A program made the translations under genes and the position numbers. A DNA stretch of 64,000 bases from a virus (lineage: Duplodnaviria > Heunggongvirae > Uroviricota > Caudoviricetes), in IMG/VR virus record IMGVR_UViG_3300032322_001781; one strand, given 5' to 3'. How positions within the stretch are numbered: position 1 is the stretch's first letter; every line of letters begins with the position of its first letter. Below, one piece after another: positions 9,787 to 19,353 of this stretch. The notes below the pieces were generated by a model that was given only the letters and a program-made list of their open reading frames with translations, was not told the DNA's origin and made no database searches.

Positions 9787-9818
9787 TTTGGTAAATATAA
9801 AATTTTTTAATACCTTTG
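9787..9818 (+). promoter_or_regulatory. Bacteroidetes-type promoter (-33 TTTG / -7 TACCTTTG), drives nadM-like gene
   Basis: tttggtaa-N-tacctttg, 20-nt spacing. Confidence 0.6.
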
Positions 9819-9834
9819 GGTATAAATAAAAAAC

Positions 9835-10776
9835 ATGAGTAACATATTAAATATTAAACCAGATGTTGACCCATCAACAGCCCAAATTGGGGTGATAATG
9901 GCCCGTTTCCAAGTAGCTCAACTTCACGAAGGTCATAAACAACTTATAGATACTGTATTACACTATCATAAAAAAGTTATAATTTTTCTTGGGGTGTCTA
10001 AAAAATCTTCCGACAAGAATAGTCCTCTTGATTTTGCTAATAGAAGGGCTATGATTCATGAATCGTATCCAAACGTTATCGTGCTTCCTCAATTGGATGT
10101 GCGTGATGACCACAAATGGTCTGCAAATTTAGATGCACAGATTTCATTACCGTTTGGTGAGTTATCTGCTGTGATTTATGGTAGTAGAGATTCGTTTATT
10201 CCACACTACCATGGCAAATACAAGGTTATTGAAGTTTTGCCTAAAACACCAGTTAACGGAACTTCAGAAAGATTGGCTATAGCTAGAGAAGTTATCCCTA
10301 GTGTTGATTTTAGAAAAGGTGTTATTTACCAAACATTTACACAACGCCCAGTAACCTATCCAACTGTTGATGTGGTTGCTTACAATGACAATGGTCAAAT
10401 CCTTTTGGCTAAAAAACCCAACGAAATTCTTTATCGTTTTGTTGGTGGTTTTGTTGACCGTACTGATGAATCTTGGGAATCTGCCGCTAAACGTGAGTTC
10501 ATGGAAGAAAGTGGTGGATGCGAGATAGGTGATTTGAAATACGTTGCTAGTGCTAAAATCAACGATTGGAGATATGCCAAATCAGAATCTGGTATCATGA
10601 CAACATTGTTCTTGGGTAAATTCATGTGGGGCAATGCAAAACCATCAGATGACATTGCAGTTTTAGATTGGTTGAACCCAGAAGATATCAACCCAGAAAA
10701 AGACATCATGTTGGAACACCGTGAACTCTTCATCAAATTGATTGAGTTTATGAAAGCACAAAAGTTGATAAAATGA
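9835..10776 (+). CDS. nadM: bifunctional NMN adenylyltransferase / Nudix ADP-ribose pyrophosphatase (NadM-like)
   Basis: N-terminal nucleotidyltransferase H-x-G-H motif (LHEGH); C-terminal Nudix box GGFVDRTDESWESAAKREFMEESG. Confidence 0.8.
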   Translation: MSNILNIKPDVDPSTAQIGVIMARFQVAQLHEGHKQLIDTVLHYHKKVIIFLGVSKKSSDKNSPLDFANRRAMIHESYPNVIVLPQLDVRDDHKWSANLDAQISLPFGELSAVIYGSRDSFIPHYHGKYKVIEVLPKTPVNGTSERLAIAREVIPSVDFRKGVIYQTFTQRPVTYPTVDVVAYNDNGQILLAKKPNEILYRFVGGFVDRTDESWESAAKREFMEESGGCEIGDLKYVASAKINDWRYAKSESGIMTTLFLGKFMWGNAKPSDDIAVLDWLNPEDINPEKDIMLEHRELFIKLIEFMKAQKLIK

Positions 10777-10882
10777 AAGTAGCTGTAATAGGTAGTGGCA
10801 TTTTGGGACCAAAATAGTAGCGGTACGAAAGACTCAATTAAAAAAGCTGATAAGGCTGGTAAAAAAATATTGATAATTACAT

Positions 10883-10913
10883 TTTGATAATTCAAATATT
10901 ATTCGTACCTTTG
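10883..10913 (+). promoter_or_regulatory. Bacteroidetes-type promoter upstream of NAMPT
   Basis: TTTG ... TACCTTTG. Confidence 0.55.
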
Positions 10914-10943
10914 CACAAATAACAACAATTAAAAAATAAATAT

Positions 10944-12566
10944 ATGCAATCCGCAAGTCGTTTTTTAAAAAGAAAGCTAGGTCTTAAATCAGTGATTAAA
11001 GACCGCTTGGCTGAAGCCATCAAGAATCGTGATTGGGCTTCCATCGAAAATTTACAAGACCTTATTGCTAAGGCTTTGGATAAACCGTATAACCTTGTAC
11101 TTATGGGTGATGCTTACAAGTATTCACATCATAAGTTTTATGAGGACAATACTACCAAGGTTTATTCTTACATGGAGTCACGTGGTGGAAAATTCAGTGA
11201 AACCGTAGTTTACGGTATTCAAATGTTCATCAAAGAATTTATCGAAGGTGTTGCAATCACTCAAGAAGAGTTGGATGAAGCATACGAATACTTAGGTACA
11301 AAATTGGGTGTGTTCGGACGTGAAGACGTATTCGACAAATCCAAATTCCAATACATAATTGACGTTCACGGTGGCCGTCTTCCAGTTCTTATCAAAGCTG
11401 TTCCAGAAGGAACCGTTGTTGGTGTAAAGAACGTATTGGTAACTATTGAAAACACCGACCCTAATTGCTACTGGTTGACCAACTTCCTTGAAACTATCAT
11501 GATGCAAGTTTGGTATCCTATTACCGTAGCTACCTTATCTCACGAAGTTAAAAAAATTGTTCGTGAGTACTTCCAAAAAACATCAGACCTTCCAGAAAAT
11601 ATCATGGACACGGTTATTGAGTTCGTATTGAACGACTTTGGTTTCCGTGGTGTGTCTTCCGTACAATCGGCTGGTATCGGTGGCTCTGCTCACCTTGTAA
11701 ACTTCTTGGGTTCTGATACAACTTATGCTTCAAAACGTATCTGTGAATACTACAACTCTGACCGAGTATTTGGTTTGAGCGTACCAGCGACTGAACACTC
11801 TATCATGACAATGAGAGGTGAAGCTGGTGAAGTTGAAATGATGAGACGTACACTTGAAAAATATCCTACTGGTATTGTTGCTTGTGTATCTGACTCTTAC
11901 CACATCCTTCGTGCTTGTTCACAATATTGGGGAACTGAATTGCGTGACCTTATCTTGAGTCGCCCAGCAGAACCAGGTAACCAGTTGGTTATTCGCCCAG
12001 ACTCTGGCCACGTTGTGAATACACTTAAAGCTGTATTTGAAATCTTGTTTGACAAGTTTGGTTACACAACCAACTCAAAAGGATTCAAAGTATTACCTCC
12101 ACAAGTCCGTGTTATCCAAGGTGATGGTGTAAACATCGGTTCTATTGGTGAAATCTATGAAGAACTTTACAAGCTAGGTATTTCTGCTGAGAACATCGTG
12201 TTTGGTATGGGTGGAAAGTTGTTACAAGCTGACATCAACCGTGACACACAAAACTTCGCAACCAAAGCGTGTTTTGCAGTTGTTGATGGTGTTGAGCGTG
12301 ACCTTGTAAAATCACCAACAGAAGTTGATGAAAATGGTGACTTGAAACCTTCATTCAAGAAATCAAAACAAGGTCGTTTGAAACTTGTTAAGAATGAAGA
12401 TGGAACTTACCGCACTGTAACATCACGTGATGCTGACTTTGATAGCGTTAATGATGAATTGGTTCCAATATTCCAAGATGGTGAAATACTTGTAGAATAC
12501 ACATTCGAAGAAATCAGAGAAAGAGTTCAAGCTACTTTCAAAAAACAAGAATTGGAGGTTGCGTAA
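10944..12566 (+). CDS. nadV: nicotinamide phosphoribosyltransferase (NAMPT/NadV)
   Basis: Strong NAMPT-family similarity (DAYKYSHHKFY.., VVYGIQMFIKEF, GSDTTY motifs); about 48-aa N-terminal extension relative to canonical NAMPT. Confidence 0.85.
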   Translation: MQSASRFLKRKLGLKSVIKDRLAEAIKNRDWASIENLQDLIAKALDKPYNLVLMGDAYKYSHHKFYEDNTTKVYSYMESRGGKFSETVVYGIQMFIKEFIEGVAITQEELDEAYEYLGTKLGVFGREDVFDKSKFQYIIDVHGGRLPVLIKAVPEGTVVGVKNVLVTIENTDPNCYWLTNFLETIMMQVWYPITVATLSHEVKKIVREYFQKTSDLPENIMDTVIEFVLNDFGFRGVSSVQSAGIGGSAHLVNFLGSDTTYASKRICEYYNSDRVFGLSVPATEHSIMTMRGEAGEVEMMRRTLEKYPTGIVACVSDSYHILRACSQYWGTELRDLILSRPAEPGNQLVIRPDSGHVVNTLKAVFEILFDKFGYTTNSKGFKVLPPQVRVIQGDGVNIGSIGEIYEELYKLGISAENIVFGMGGKLLQADINRDTQNFATKACFAVVDGVERDLVKSPTEVDENGDLKPSFKKSKQGRLKLVKNEDGTYRTVTSRDADFDSVNDELVPIFQDGEILVEYTFEEIRERVQATFKKQELEVA

Positions 12567-13054
12567 TGGTTAAGAATAACATGGTCTTATTTTGGGGAGG
12601 AACATTCTCTCAGTGGTTCCCATCTGATTTCATCATAGATGGAATCAAATACGTAACAGCAGAACAATATATGATGGCTAGAAAAGCCAAACTTTTTGGT
12701 GATAATGATGCTTATCGTGAAATCATGAAATCAAAAGACCCAGCTTATCAAAAACGAATTGGCCGTCAAGTAAAAGGATTTGAAAAAAATGAATGGGAAT
12801 CTATTTGTCGTCAAATTGTTTATGATGGAAACTACGCTAAATTCAGTCAAAATCCAAGTATGAAAGCTGAATTAATGGCTACTGGTGAGTTGGAAATTGT
12901 AGAGGCTAGTCCATATGATAAAATTTGGGGTATTGGTCTTCACGAAACAGACCCACGTGCTTGGGATAAAGCAACGTGGTTAGGAACCAACTGGCTTGGA
13001 ATTGAAATTATGAAAGTAAGAAAAAAACTTAGAGAAGATGACGCAAATTCATAG
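12566..13054 (+). CDS. NADAR (YbiA/DUF1768) domain protein
   Basis: FWGGTFSQWFP...YVTAEQYMMARKA...SPYDKIWGIG matches YbiA-like N-glycosidase/NADAR family. Confidence 0.75.
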   Translation: MVKNNMVLFWGGTFSQWFPSDFIIDGIKYVTAEQYMMARKAKLFGDNDAYREIMKSKDPAYQKRIGRQVKGFEKNEWESICRQIVYDGNYAKFSQNPSMKAELMATGELEIVEASPYDKIWGIGLHETDPRAWDKATWLGTNWLGIEIMKVRKKLREDDANS

Positions 13055-13141
13055 ATACGAAGAAAGTGTAAGTGCATTTGTTTAAAGATGAATTTTTAGA
13101 CAAATTAAAACAAATAACAAATTTTTTAAAACTTAAATAAG

Positions 13142-13597
13142 ATGATTAAATATGTAGATGGTGATTTACTCAAACTTGCCGATGAGGGTTATTTCGATGT
13201 AATTGCGCACGGAGCGAATTGTTTTTGCAATATGGGTGCTGGTATAGCTCCACAAATTAAAGCTAAATATCCAGAAGCTTATAAAGTTGATTGTGAAACT
13301 ATTGTTGGTGATATAAATAAGTTAGGAACGATAACTTATACTAAAAATACAACACCTATTGTTGTTAATATTTATTCTCAGTTCGACACAAAAGGTCGAA
13401 GACAGGGTAAAATTGATTTAGACTATGAAGCTTTACGTTCTGGTATCAAAGCTATGAAAGAAAAATTTTCTGGTAAACGATTTGGACTCCCATACATAGG
13501 AACGGGTTTGGCGGGAGGCAATGAAGCTAAGGTTATAGCTATAATAGAGGAAGAAATGAGAGGTGAGTACGTAACTATGGTTAGATACGTACCATAA
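13142..13597 (+). CDS. macrodomain protein (ADP-ribose binding / ADP-ribosyl hydrolase)
   Basis: Macro motifs DVIAHGANCFCNMGAGIAPQI and GLPYIGTGLAGG. Confidence 0.75.
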   Translation: MIKYVDGDLLKLADEGYFDVIAHGANCFCNMGAGIAPQIKAKYPEAYKVDCETIVGDINKLGTITYTKNTTPIVVNIYSQFDTKGRRQGKIDLDYEALRSGIKAMKEKFSGKRFGLPYIGTGLAGGNEAKVIAIIEEEMRGEYVTMVRYVP

Positions 13598-13618
13598 TTC
13601 TTTAAAAAAGTATTAAAT

Positions 13619-13804
13619 ATGTCTAAACAAACGATTACAATTGGCGTTGCCAATGAAAAAGAAAAAAACATAGATGTTGAAGAATTAAAAACATGGGTAC
13701 CTAAAAATATTAGTTATTTTAGCGATACTGTTTATTTTAAACAGGATAAAGTTTATTATTCGATGAAAAGATTGGATTTTGATAAAATATTTCCTAAAAA
13801 ATGA
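13619..13804 (+). CDS. hypothetical small protein
   Basis: ORF. Confidence 0.3.
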   Translation: MSKQTITIGVANEKEKNIDVEELKTWVPKNISYFSDTVYFKQDKVYYSMKRLDFDKIFPKK

Positions 13805-14238
13805 GTGTAGTTAAAGCAATAGAAAAATTTTACCAAGATAAAGAAAAACGTGGTTGGGAAAAAGGGTTTTTTTTCTTTGATATTCATGGGACTATTCTTA
13901 AGCCAAATTATGAGTATGGTAATACACCAAAAGAATTCTATCCATATGCTAAAGAAGTTCTGCAACTTTTTAGTAAACGAAAAGATGTTTGTATGATACT
14001 TTATACTTGCTCACACCCAGATGAAATTGAAGAATATCTTAAACTTTTTGAGAATAATAACATAAAATTTGATTATGTAAATGAGAATCCAGAAGTTGTA
14101 ACTGATGTAAATGGTTATGGTTGTTACGATAAAAAACCATATATGAATGTCTTATTTGAAGATAAAGCTGGTTTTTATGGTGAAGAAGATTGGTTACCAG
14201 TTTTAAAGCTTTTAAAAGAAAAATACCCAGACGTGTAA
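13801..14238 (+). CDS. hypothetical protein
   Basis: ORF. Confidence 0.45.
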   Translation: MSVVKAIEKFYQDKEKRGWEKGFFFFDIHGTILKPNYEYGNTPKEFYPYAKEVLQLFSKRKDVCMILYTCSHPDEIEEYLKLFENNNIKFDYVNENPEVVTDVNGYGCYDKKPYMNVLFEDKAGFYGEEDWLPVLKLLKEKYPDV

Positions 14239-14318
14239 ATATAATTTGTCTTTTTTATTTATTAAACTTCTTGTTTTATTGAAAAATAACTAGTACTTTT
14301 GTGTAAATTAATTACATT

Positions 14319-14606
14319 ATGAAAAAACTAAACACAATTTTTGCCTTAGTCATATTAACATTTTTACTATATGGTTGTTTTCCACGTGAAATTCATTCTA
14401 ACAATACAAATGAGTTACCAGGTTTTTGGTTGGGTACGTGGCATGGTATGATAAGTGGTTTTTCATTTATAGGTAGCTTATTCGATGATTCGATTAAAGT
14501 TTATGCAATAAATAATAATGGACATTGGTATGATTTTGGTTTTGTTGGTGGGTTATTTTTTATTTTTAGAATATTTTTTAGTATGATAAATAGTAAAAAA
14601 GATTAA
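14319..14606 (+). CDS. hypothetical membrane protein
   Basis: N-terminal TM/signal, second hydrophobic segment. Confidence 0.4.
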   Translation: MKKLNTIFALVILTFLLYGCFPREIHSNNTNELPGFWLGTWHGMISGFSFIGSLFDDSIKVYAINNNGHWYDFGFVGGLFFIFRIFFSMINSKKD

Positions 14607-14607
14607 T

Positions 14608-14907
14608 ATGAGTTATAGGCCGCTACCAAGTTATTTAACGATAAAACCATCTATATTAGATGGTCTTGGGTTATTTGCAACCGATGATATTGATGAGAAT
14701 CATGTTCTTGGTATATCACATGTTTTTCATTCCAATTTTCAAGATGGGTATATCAGAACTCCTTTAGGTGGATTTTTTAATCATTCTGATTCACCTAATT
14801 GCAAAATAGTTGATAAGGGAGCTTATCTAATATTGCAGACGATAAGAAAAATAAATGCTGGTGAAGAAATAACAGCTTATTACACATTATATAAACTAGA
14901 AAAATGA
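14608..14907 (+). CDS. SET domain protein (putative lysine methyltransferase)
   Basis: GLGLFA, NHSDSPNC (NHSCxPN-like) and EEITAYY (post-SET-like) motifs. Confidence 0.65.
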   Translation: MSYRPLPSYLTIKPSILDGLGLFATDDIDENHVLGISHVFHSNFQDGYIRTPLGGFFNHSDSPNCKIVDKGAYLILQTIRKINAGEEITAYYTLYKLEK

Positions 14908-15269
14908 GCGTAATTAAATTTGAATTAAAAAAAGAACACGTGCTTTTGCTGAAAAATTTACGTTGGAGCGTAAACAGTCGGGGTATTATTAGTGGTGTTG
15001 CTGATGAAGGTGATGAAATAGCGCCTCCATTTGGTGAAACAAACATATATGATGCTATTAGTCTGATATTAAATGGAAAACCAGAAAATGTTGATTTGTT
15101 AACACATGATGAATTTTTTATTTACACAGATGAACAAAAAGCTGAATGGGATAAATTATATTCTGAGTTGCCAACAGCTCTAGAGATTATTCTTAGTAAT
15201 AATAGTTTTGATACTGGTATTTATAAAACAAAATATCATTTACGAGACTGGAAAAAAATTAATTCATAA
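14904..15269 (+). CDS. hypothetical protein
   Basis: ORF. Confidence 0.45.
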   Translation: MSVIKFELKKEHVLLLKNLRWSVNSRGIISGVADEGDEIAPPFGETNIYDAISLILNGKPENVDLLTHDEFFIYTDEQKAEWDKLYSELPTALEIILSNNSFDTGIYKTKYHLRDWKKINS

Positions 15270-15449
15270 AAATGAATAAGATAAAGTTTTTATCACTATT
15301 TTTTCTTATATTAATAGTGTTTGTCTCTATTAAAATTTTTTTAATATCCTTATCTATAATTTTTACTTTTTTAAAAATTGTAATTTTTAGTTTTTTAATA
15401 ACATGTGTTTTGTTTTTAATTATTTATTTTAAAAATAAGTTTAAATAAT

Positions 15450-15481
15450 TTTGTTAGTTATATATTTTTTTAATACCTTTG
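15450..15481 (+). promoter_or_regulatory. Bacteroidetes-type promoter
   Basis: TTTG ... TACCTTTG. Confidence 0.55.
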
Positions 15482-15496
15482 TAAAAATTCTATTAC

Positions 15497-15688
15497 ATGA
15501 CCTATAAAAAATCTTATGCGATTGTTAAAACCTTTAAAGAAAAGGGTAAAATAAAATCTATTTTATTAGTTGACACACATTCTGAAATATGGGAATTTGA
15601 TGATTTTAATGAAGCACAAGCAATTGCTGATGTTTTAACAAAAAATTCTGATTCTGGTTGGATGTATTTTGTAAGGTCTATTAATTAA
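15497..15688 (+). CDS. hypothetical small protein
   Basis: ORF. Confidence 0.35.
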   Translation: MTYKKSYAIVKTFKEKGKIKSILLVDTHSEIWEFDDFNEAQAIADVLTKNSDSGWMYFVRSIN

Positions 15689-15699
15689 AAATAACAATC

Positions 15700-16656
15700 A
15701 TGGAATCTATAATTTTTTCATTAGATGGTAGAGTAGATTTGATGAACTCTATTTTAGAACATTATAATAAAATTTCAGAAAACAAAAACACTATTATAGG
15801 TGAATTCAACCATCAAAAATTTTCAGATGGTGAATTATGTGGTGATTATAGCGTATCTGTAAGAGGTAAAAGAGTTTATCTTTTATCAAGTGCTAATGAT
15901 AGTGACAAAATTATTAGTCTAATTTTAGCAATTGATGCTGCAAAAAGGGCTGCTGCGTCCGAAATCATTCCAATACTCCCATATTTTCCTTATGCTAGAC
16001 AGGATAAAAAGGACCAAGTTAGAGGCCCTATTGGAGCTAAAGTTATTGCAAGTATGTTAGAAAATGCTGGTGCAACATCCATAATCACATTTGACTTACA
16101 CGCAGACCAAATTCAAGGTTTTTTTGATATTCCTCTTACGCACATAGAAGGTAAAAACGTTTTCGATGATTACATATATTCAATTTCTAACGAAAATACT
16201 GTTTTGTGTGGACCAGACGCTGGCTCTGGCAAGAGAGTTAAAAGAATGAAAGACCAATTATTAAATCATTATGGTTTAGATTTAAATTATGTTATGATGG
16301 ATAAAACCAGAAAAGTTGCTAATGAGGTTGATAAAATGGTTATAATTGGAGATGTTCAAGATAAAGATGTGATAATTTTGGATGATATGGTTGACACAGC
16401 TGGGACTTTATGTAAAGCTGCTAGTGTGATTATAGAAAACGGGGCTAAAAGTGTTATGGCTATAATTAGTCATGGTGTTTTATCTGGGAATGCTTATAAA
16501 AATATTAATTCTTCAGTTTTAAAAGAATTGGTAATAAGTGATTCACTACTTAAAAAAGATTTACCTAATAATATTATAACAATAAGTATTGATTTTCAAA
16601 TAGCGAAAACTATCGCTTCAATAAACAATAATTTAAGTTATGAATTAATAAAATGA
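15700..16656 (+). CDS. prs: ribose-phosphate pyrophosphokinase (PRPP synthetase) family protein
   Basis: Prs architecture: DGE..G.....VRGK.VYLL.S N-domain and PRTase-type C-domain (VIILDDMVDTAGTL). Confidence 0.8.
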   Translation: MESIIFSLDGRVDLMNSILEHYNKISENKNTIIGEFNHQKFSDGELCGDYSVSVRGKRVYLLSSANDSDKIISLILAIDAAKRAAASEIIPILPYFPYARQDKKDQVRGPIGAKVIASMLENAGATSIITFDLHADQIQGFFDIPLTHIEGKNVFDDYIYSISNENTVLCGPDAGSGKRVKRMKDQLLNHYGLDLNYVMMDKTRKVANEVDKMVIIGDVQDKDVIILDDMVDTAGTLCKAASVIIENGAKSVMAIISHGVLSGNAYKNINSSVLKELVISDSLLKKDLPNNIITISIDFQIAKTIASINNNLSYELIK

Positions 16657-16788
16657 GTGAAGAACAAATAAAACAGTTTGGGATTTTATGTTTACGAATA
16701 ATCCTAGCATTAGCCGCTTTTATTTTGGCATATAATAAAATAGAAGGATGGGGTTGGATATTAGTAATTTTATTTTTAACAATGTAAT

Positions 16789-17589
16789 ATGAGTAAAGAT
16801 TTAAATGTAAGAATGAAAGCTTACGAAGCTTGTTATGATTTCAAAGTTCCTTCTAGAACATATGTTATTATAAGGCTTGATGGGAAAAATTTTAGCAAAT
16901 ATACGAAAATGTTTAATAAACCATTTGATGATAATTTATCAAATGTTATGGATATTGCAACTATTGAACTTTGTAAATTATTTAACCCTAAATTTGCTTA
17001 TACGCAATCTGATGAAATTAGTTTGTTACTTACAGATATTGAAAATATTGAGTCTGAGCTTATTTTTGATGGGTCTGTTCAAAAACTTTGCAGTATATCA
17101 TCTTCAAAAGTAACAGCAGCTTTTAATAAAGCTATGTTGAAAACATTAGCCAGTACCAAATATAATCAAGAAAAATTATTTGAAAAAATTTTATCTGGTG
17201 ATTTCGCTGAAATTGATGCTGTATTTGATTCTCGTGTTTATATAATACCAGATTTTCGTGAAGTTTCAAATTATTTTATTTGGAGACAACAAGATTGCAC
17301 ACGTAACAGTATAAGTATGGCGGCTAGTGCTAATTTTAGTTCAAAAAAACTTGAAAAAAAATCTGGTAGTGAAAAACAAGAAATGCTTTTTATAGAAAAG
17401 GGTATTAACTGGAATGATTATTTAAGCAAATACAAAAGAGGTGTTGTAATAAAAAAAGAAAATGTTTTCGTTCAAGGTAAAAATGGCGATGTGGTTCAGA
17501 GGTCTAAATGGCTTCCAGATTATGAGACACCTATTTTTACTCAAGAAAAAGAGTATCTATATAATTTAATTCCAACTATATCTCTATAG
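16789..17589 (+). CDS. Thg1-like protein (tRNA-His guanylyltransferase / 3'-5' nucleotide polymerase family)
   Basis: Thg1 motifs: VIIRLDGKNFSKY (cf. RIDGRNFHKF), YTQSDEISLLL (cf. GQSDEYSF), IWRQQDC (cf. SWRQADC). Confidence 0.75.
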   Translation: MSKDLNVRMKAYEACYDFKVPSRTYVIIRLDGKNFSKYTKMFNKPFDDNLSNVMDIATIELCKLFNPKFAYTQSDEISLLLTDIENIESELIFDGSVQKLCSISSSKVTAAFNKAMLKTLASTKYNQEKLFEKILSGDFAEIDAVFDSRVYIIPDFREVSNYFIWRQQDCTRNSISMAASANFSSKKLEKKSGSEKQEMLFIEKGINWNDYLSKYKRGVVIKKENVFVQGKNGDVVQRSKWLPDYETPIFTQEKEYLYNLIPTISL

Positions 17590-17664
17590 TTGGGTTTTTA
17601 CTTGCAAATTTAGAGTTATTATAGTATATTTGCAATAAAATAACAGAGTTATAAACTAAATTTA

Positions 17665-19266
17665 ATGAGATTCAAAGAATTAACAAATGAAATAATTGAA
17701 AAAGCTAAGTCCATATATGTTGATAAAACGTTATCATGGGACGAAAGAATGAAATTACTTACAGAATTATTTGGACGTTCAGAACGTACTGTTCGTAGAT
17801 GGTGTAGTGAAAAACTTTCTTTTAAAGAAAAAGTTGATGTTGAACCTGAACAATATATAAAAGCCAAACAAAAACAAATTAATTTAGAGAAAAATAGATT
17901 TATTATTACTTGGGCTCAAAATAACACTCCAATTAATGTTAAATTTTTAAAAAATATTGAGGCGTATGCTGAACATATAAATGCGGATATTCATGTCATA
18001 GCTGGTAGATATAAAAATCCAACTAGTATTTGGACAAATGAACAAGAAAATGAAGAATTCTGGGATTCAAGAATTTTAAAATATTTGGATGCTAATAGAC
18101 ATGATGTGCATAAATTCTTATCAATCTTGTCAGATATCAAGATTCAACCAACAGCTGTTAATCCAATGGTTGGTATGCAAGCATTAAGTGGTATTAATTC
18201 TTGTGTTTTTGGTAGTCCAAAAGTTCAATTGGAAATGATTCCAGTTTTGGAAAATAACGTACCTAAAATGATGTTAACTACTGGTGCGATAACATTACAA
18301 AATTATACTGATTCTAAGTCTGGTAAAGTTGGGGCGTTTCATCACACATTTGGTTTTGCTATTGTTGAGATTAGTGATGAAAATGTTTTTCATGTTAGAC
18401 AAGTAACGGCTGATGATAAATCAGGTAATTTTTCTGATTTATTTTATAGGGTTGAAAATGGGAATGTAACTGAATTAAATAAAATAGAAGCTATTATATT
18501 GGGTGATTTACATTGTGGTCATCACGATGAAAATGTTTTGAAAGCTACGTTTAAATTAACTAGTAAGTTATCACCTACACACGTTGTGTTACATGATGTA
18601 TTCGATGGTGATTCTATAAGTCATCATCAGATGAAAGACCCATTTGTTCAATATGGAAAAGAAGTACAAGGAACCAATGATTTGGGTAAAGAAATTGATA
18701 ACATGATGGGTGTTTTAGATAATTTTATACATTTTGAAAACGTTGTTATCGTTCGTTCAAATCACGATGATTTTGTTGATAGATGGTTAAAAAATGAAGA
18801 TTGGAAGAAACAACCAACATTTAAAAACGCACCATTATATATGGAGTTAAGTGCCAGATTATTAAAACAATATGGTAAAGGTAATGAACATGTAATTGGT
18901 GTAATCCCAGAACTAATTAAAGAGCGTTTTCCTAAGTATATTACTTTAGATAGAAGTGCTTCTTATAAGGTAAAGGGTGGTTGGGAATTAGGACAACATG
19001 GTGATATTTCAGCTAATGGGTCTAGAGGGTCGTTGATTAATTTTAGAAAATTAAACACCAAAATCATAGTCGGTCACTATCATACGCCTGGACGAAAAGA
19101 CGGAGCTCTTTCAGTTGGAACCACTACAAAATTAAGAGTTGGCTATAATTTAGGCCCGTCATCATGGTTACAAAGTCACGTAATAATACATAATGACGGA
19201 CGTGCCCAGCACATTAATTTCATTCATGATAAAAATGGAATAGCTAATTTTACAACATTTATTTAA
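17665..19266 (+). CDS. large protein with C-terminal metallophosphoesterase domain
   Basis: GDLHCGHHD, SNHDDF, GQHGD, GHYHTPG motifs in C-terminal half. Confidence 0.5.
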   Translation: MRFKELTNEIIEKAKSIYVDKTLSWDERMKLLTELFGRSERTVRRWCSEKLSFKEKVDVEPEQYIKAKQKQINLEKNRFIITWAQNNTPINVKFLKNIEAYAEHINADIHVIAGRYKNPTSIWTNEQENEEFWDSRILKYLDANRHDVHKFLSILSDIKIQPTAVNPMVGMQALSGINSCVFGSPKVQLEMIPVLENNVPKMMLTTGAITLQNYTDSKSGKVGAFHHTFGFAIVEISDENVFHVRQVTADDKSGNFSDLFYRVENGNVTELNKIEAIILGDLHCGHHDENVLKATFKLTSKLSPTHVVLHDVFDGDSISHHQMKDPFVQYGKEVQGTNDLGKEIDNMMGVLDNFIHFENVVIVRSNHDDFVDRWLKNEDWKKQPTFKNAPLYMELSARLLKQYGKGNEHVIGVIPELIKERFPKYITLDRSASYKVKGGWELGQHGDISANGSRGSLINFRKLNTKIIVGHYHTPGRKDGALSVGTTTKLRVGYNLGPSSWLQSHVIIHNDGRAQHINFIHDKNGIANFTTFI

Positions 19267-19274
19267 TGTGAAAG

Positions 19275-19306
19275 TTTGTAAAATAAAAAAATATTTAGTA
19301 CCTTTG
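19275..19306 (+). promoter_or_regulatory. Bacteroidetes-type promoter
   Basis: TTTG ... TACCTTTG. Confidence 0.55.
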
Positions 19307-19353
19307 CAAACATGGGAAAGAAATTGAACGAGTTTTAGGTATAAAAAGAAGTA

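Noticed and set aside
14270-14301. Promoter upstream of ORF 14319 (TACTTTTG -7-like box)
   Set aside because: No clear -33 TTTG at the right spacing; too degenerate to call
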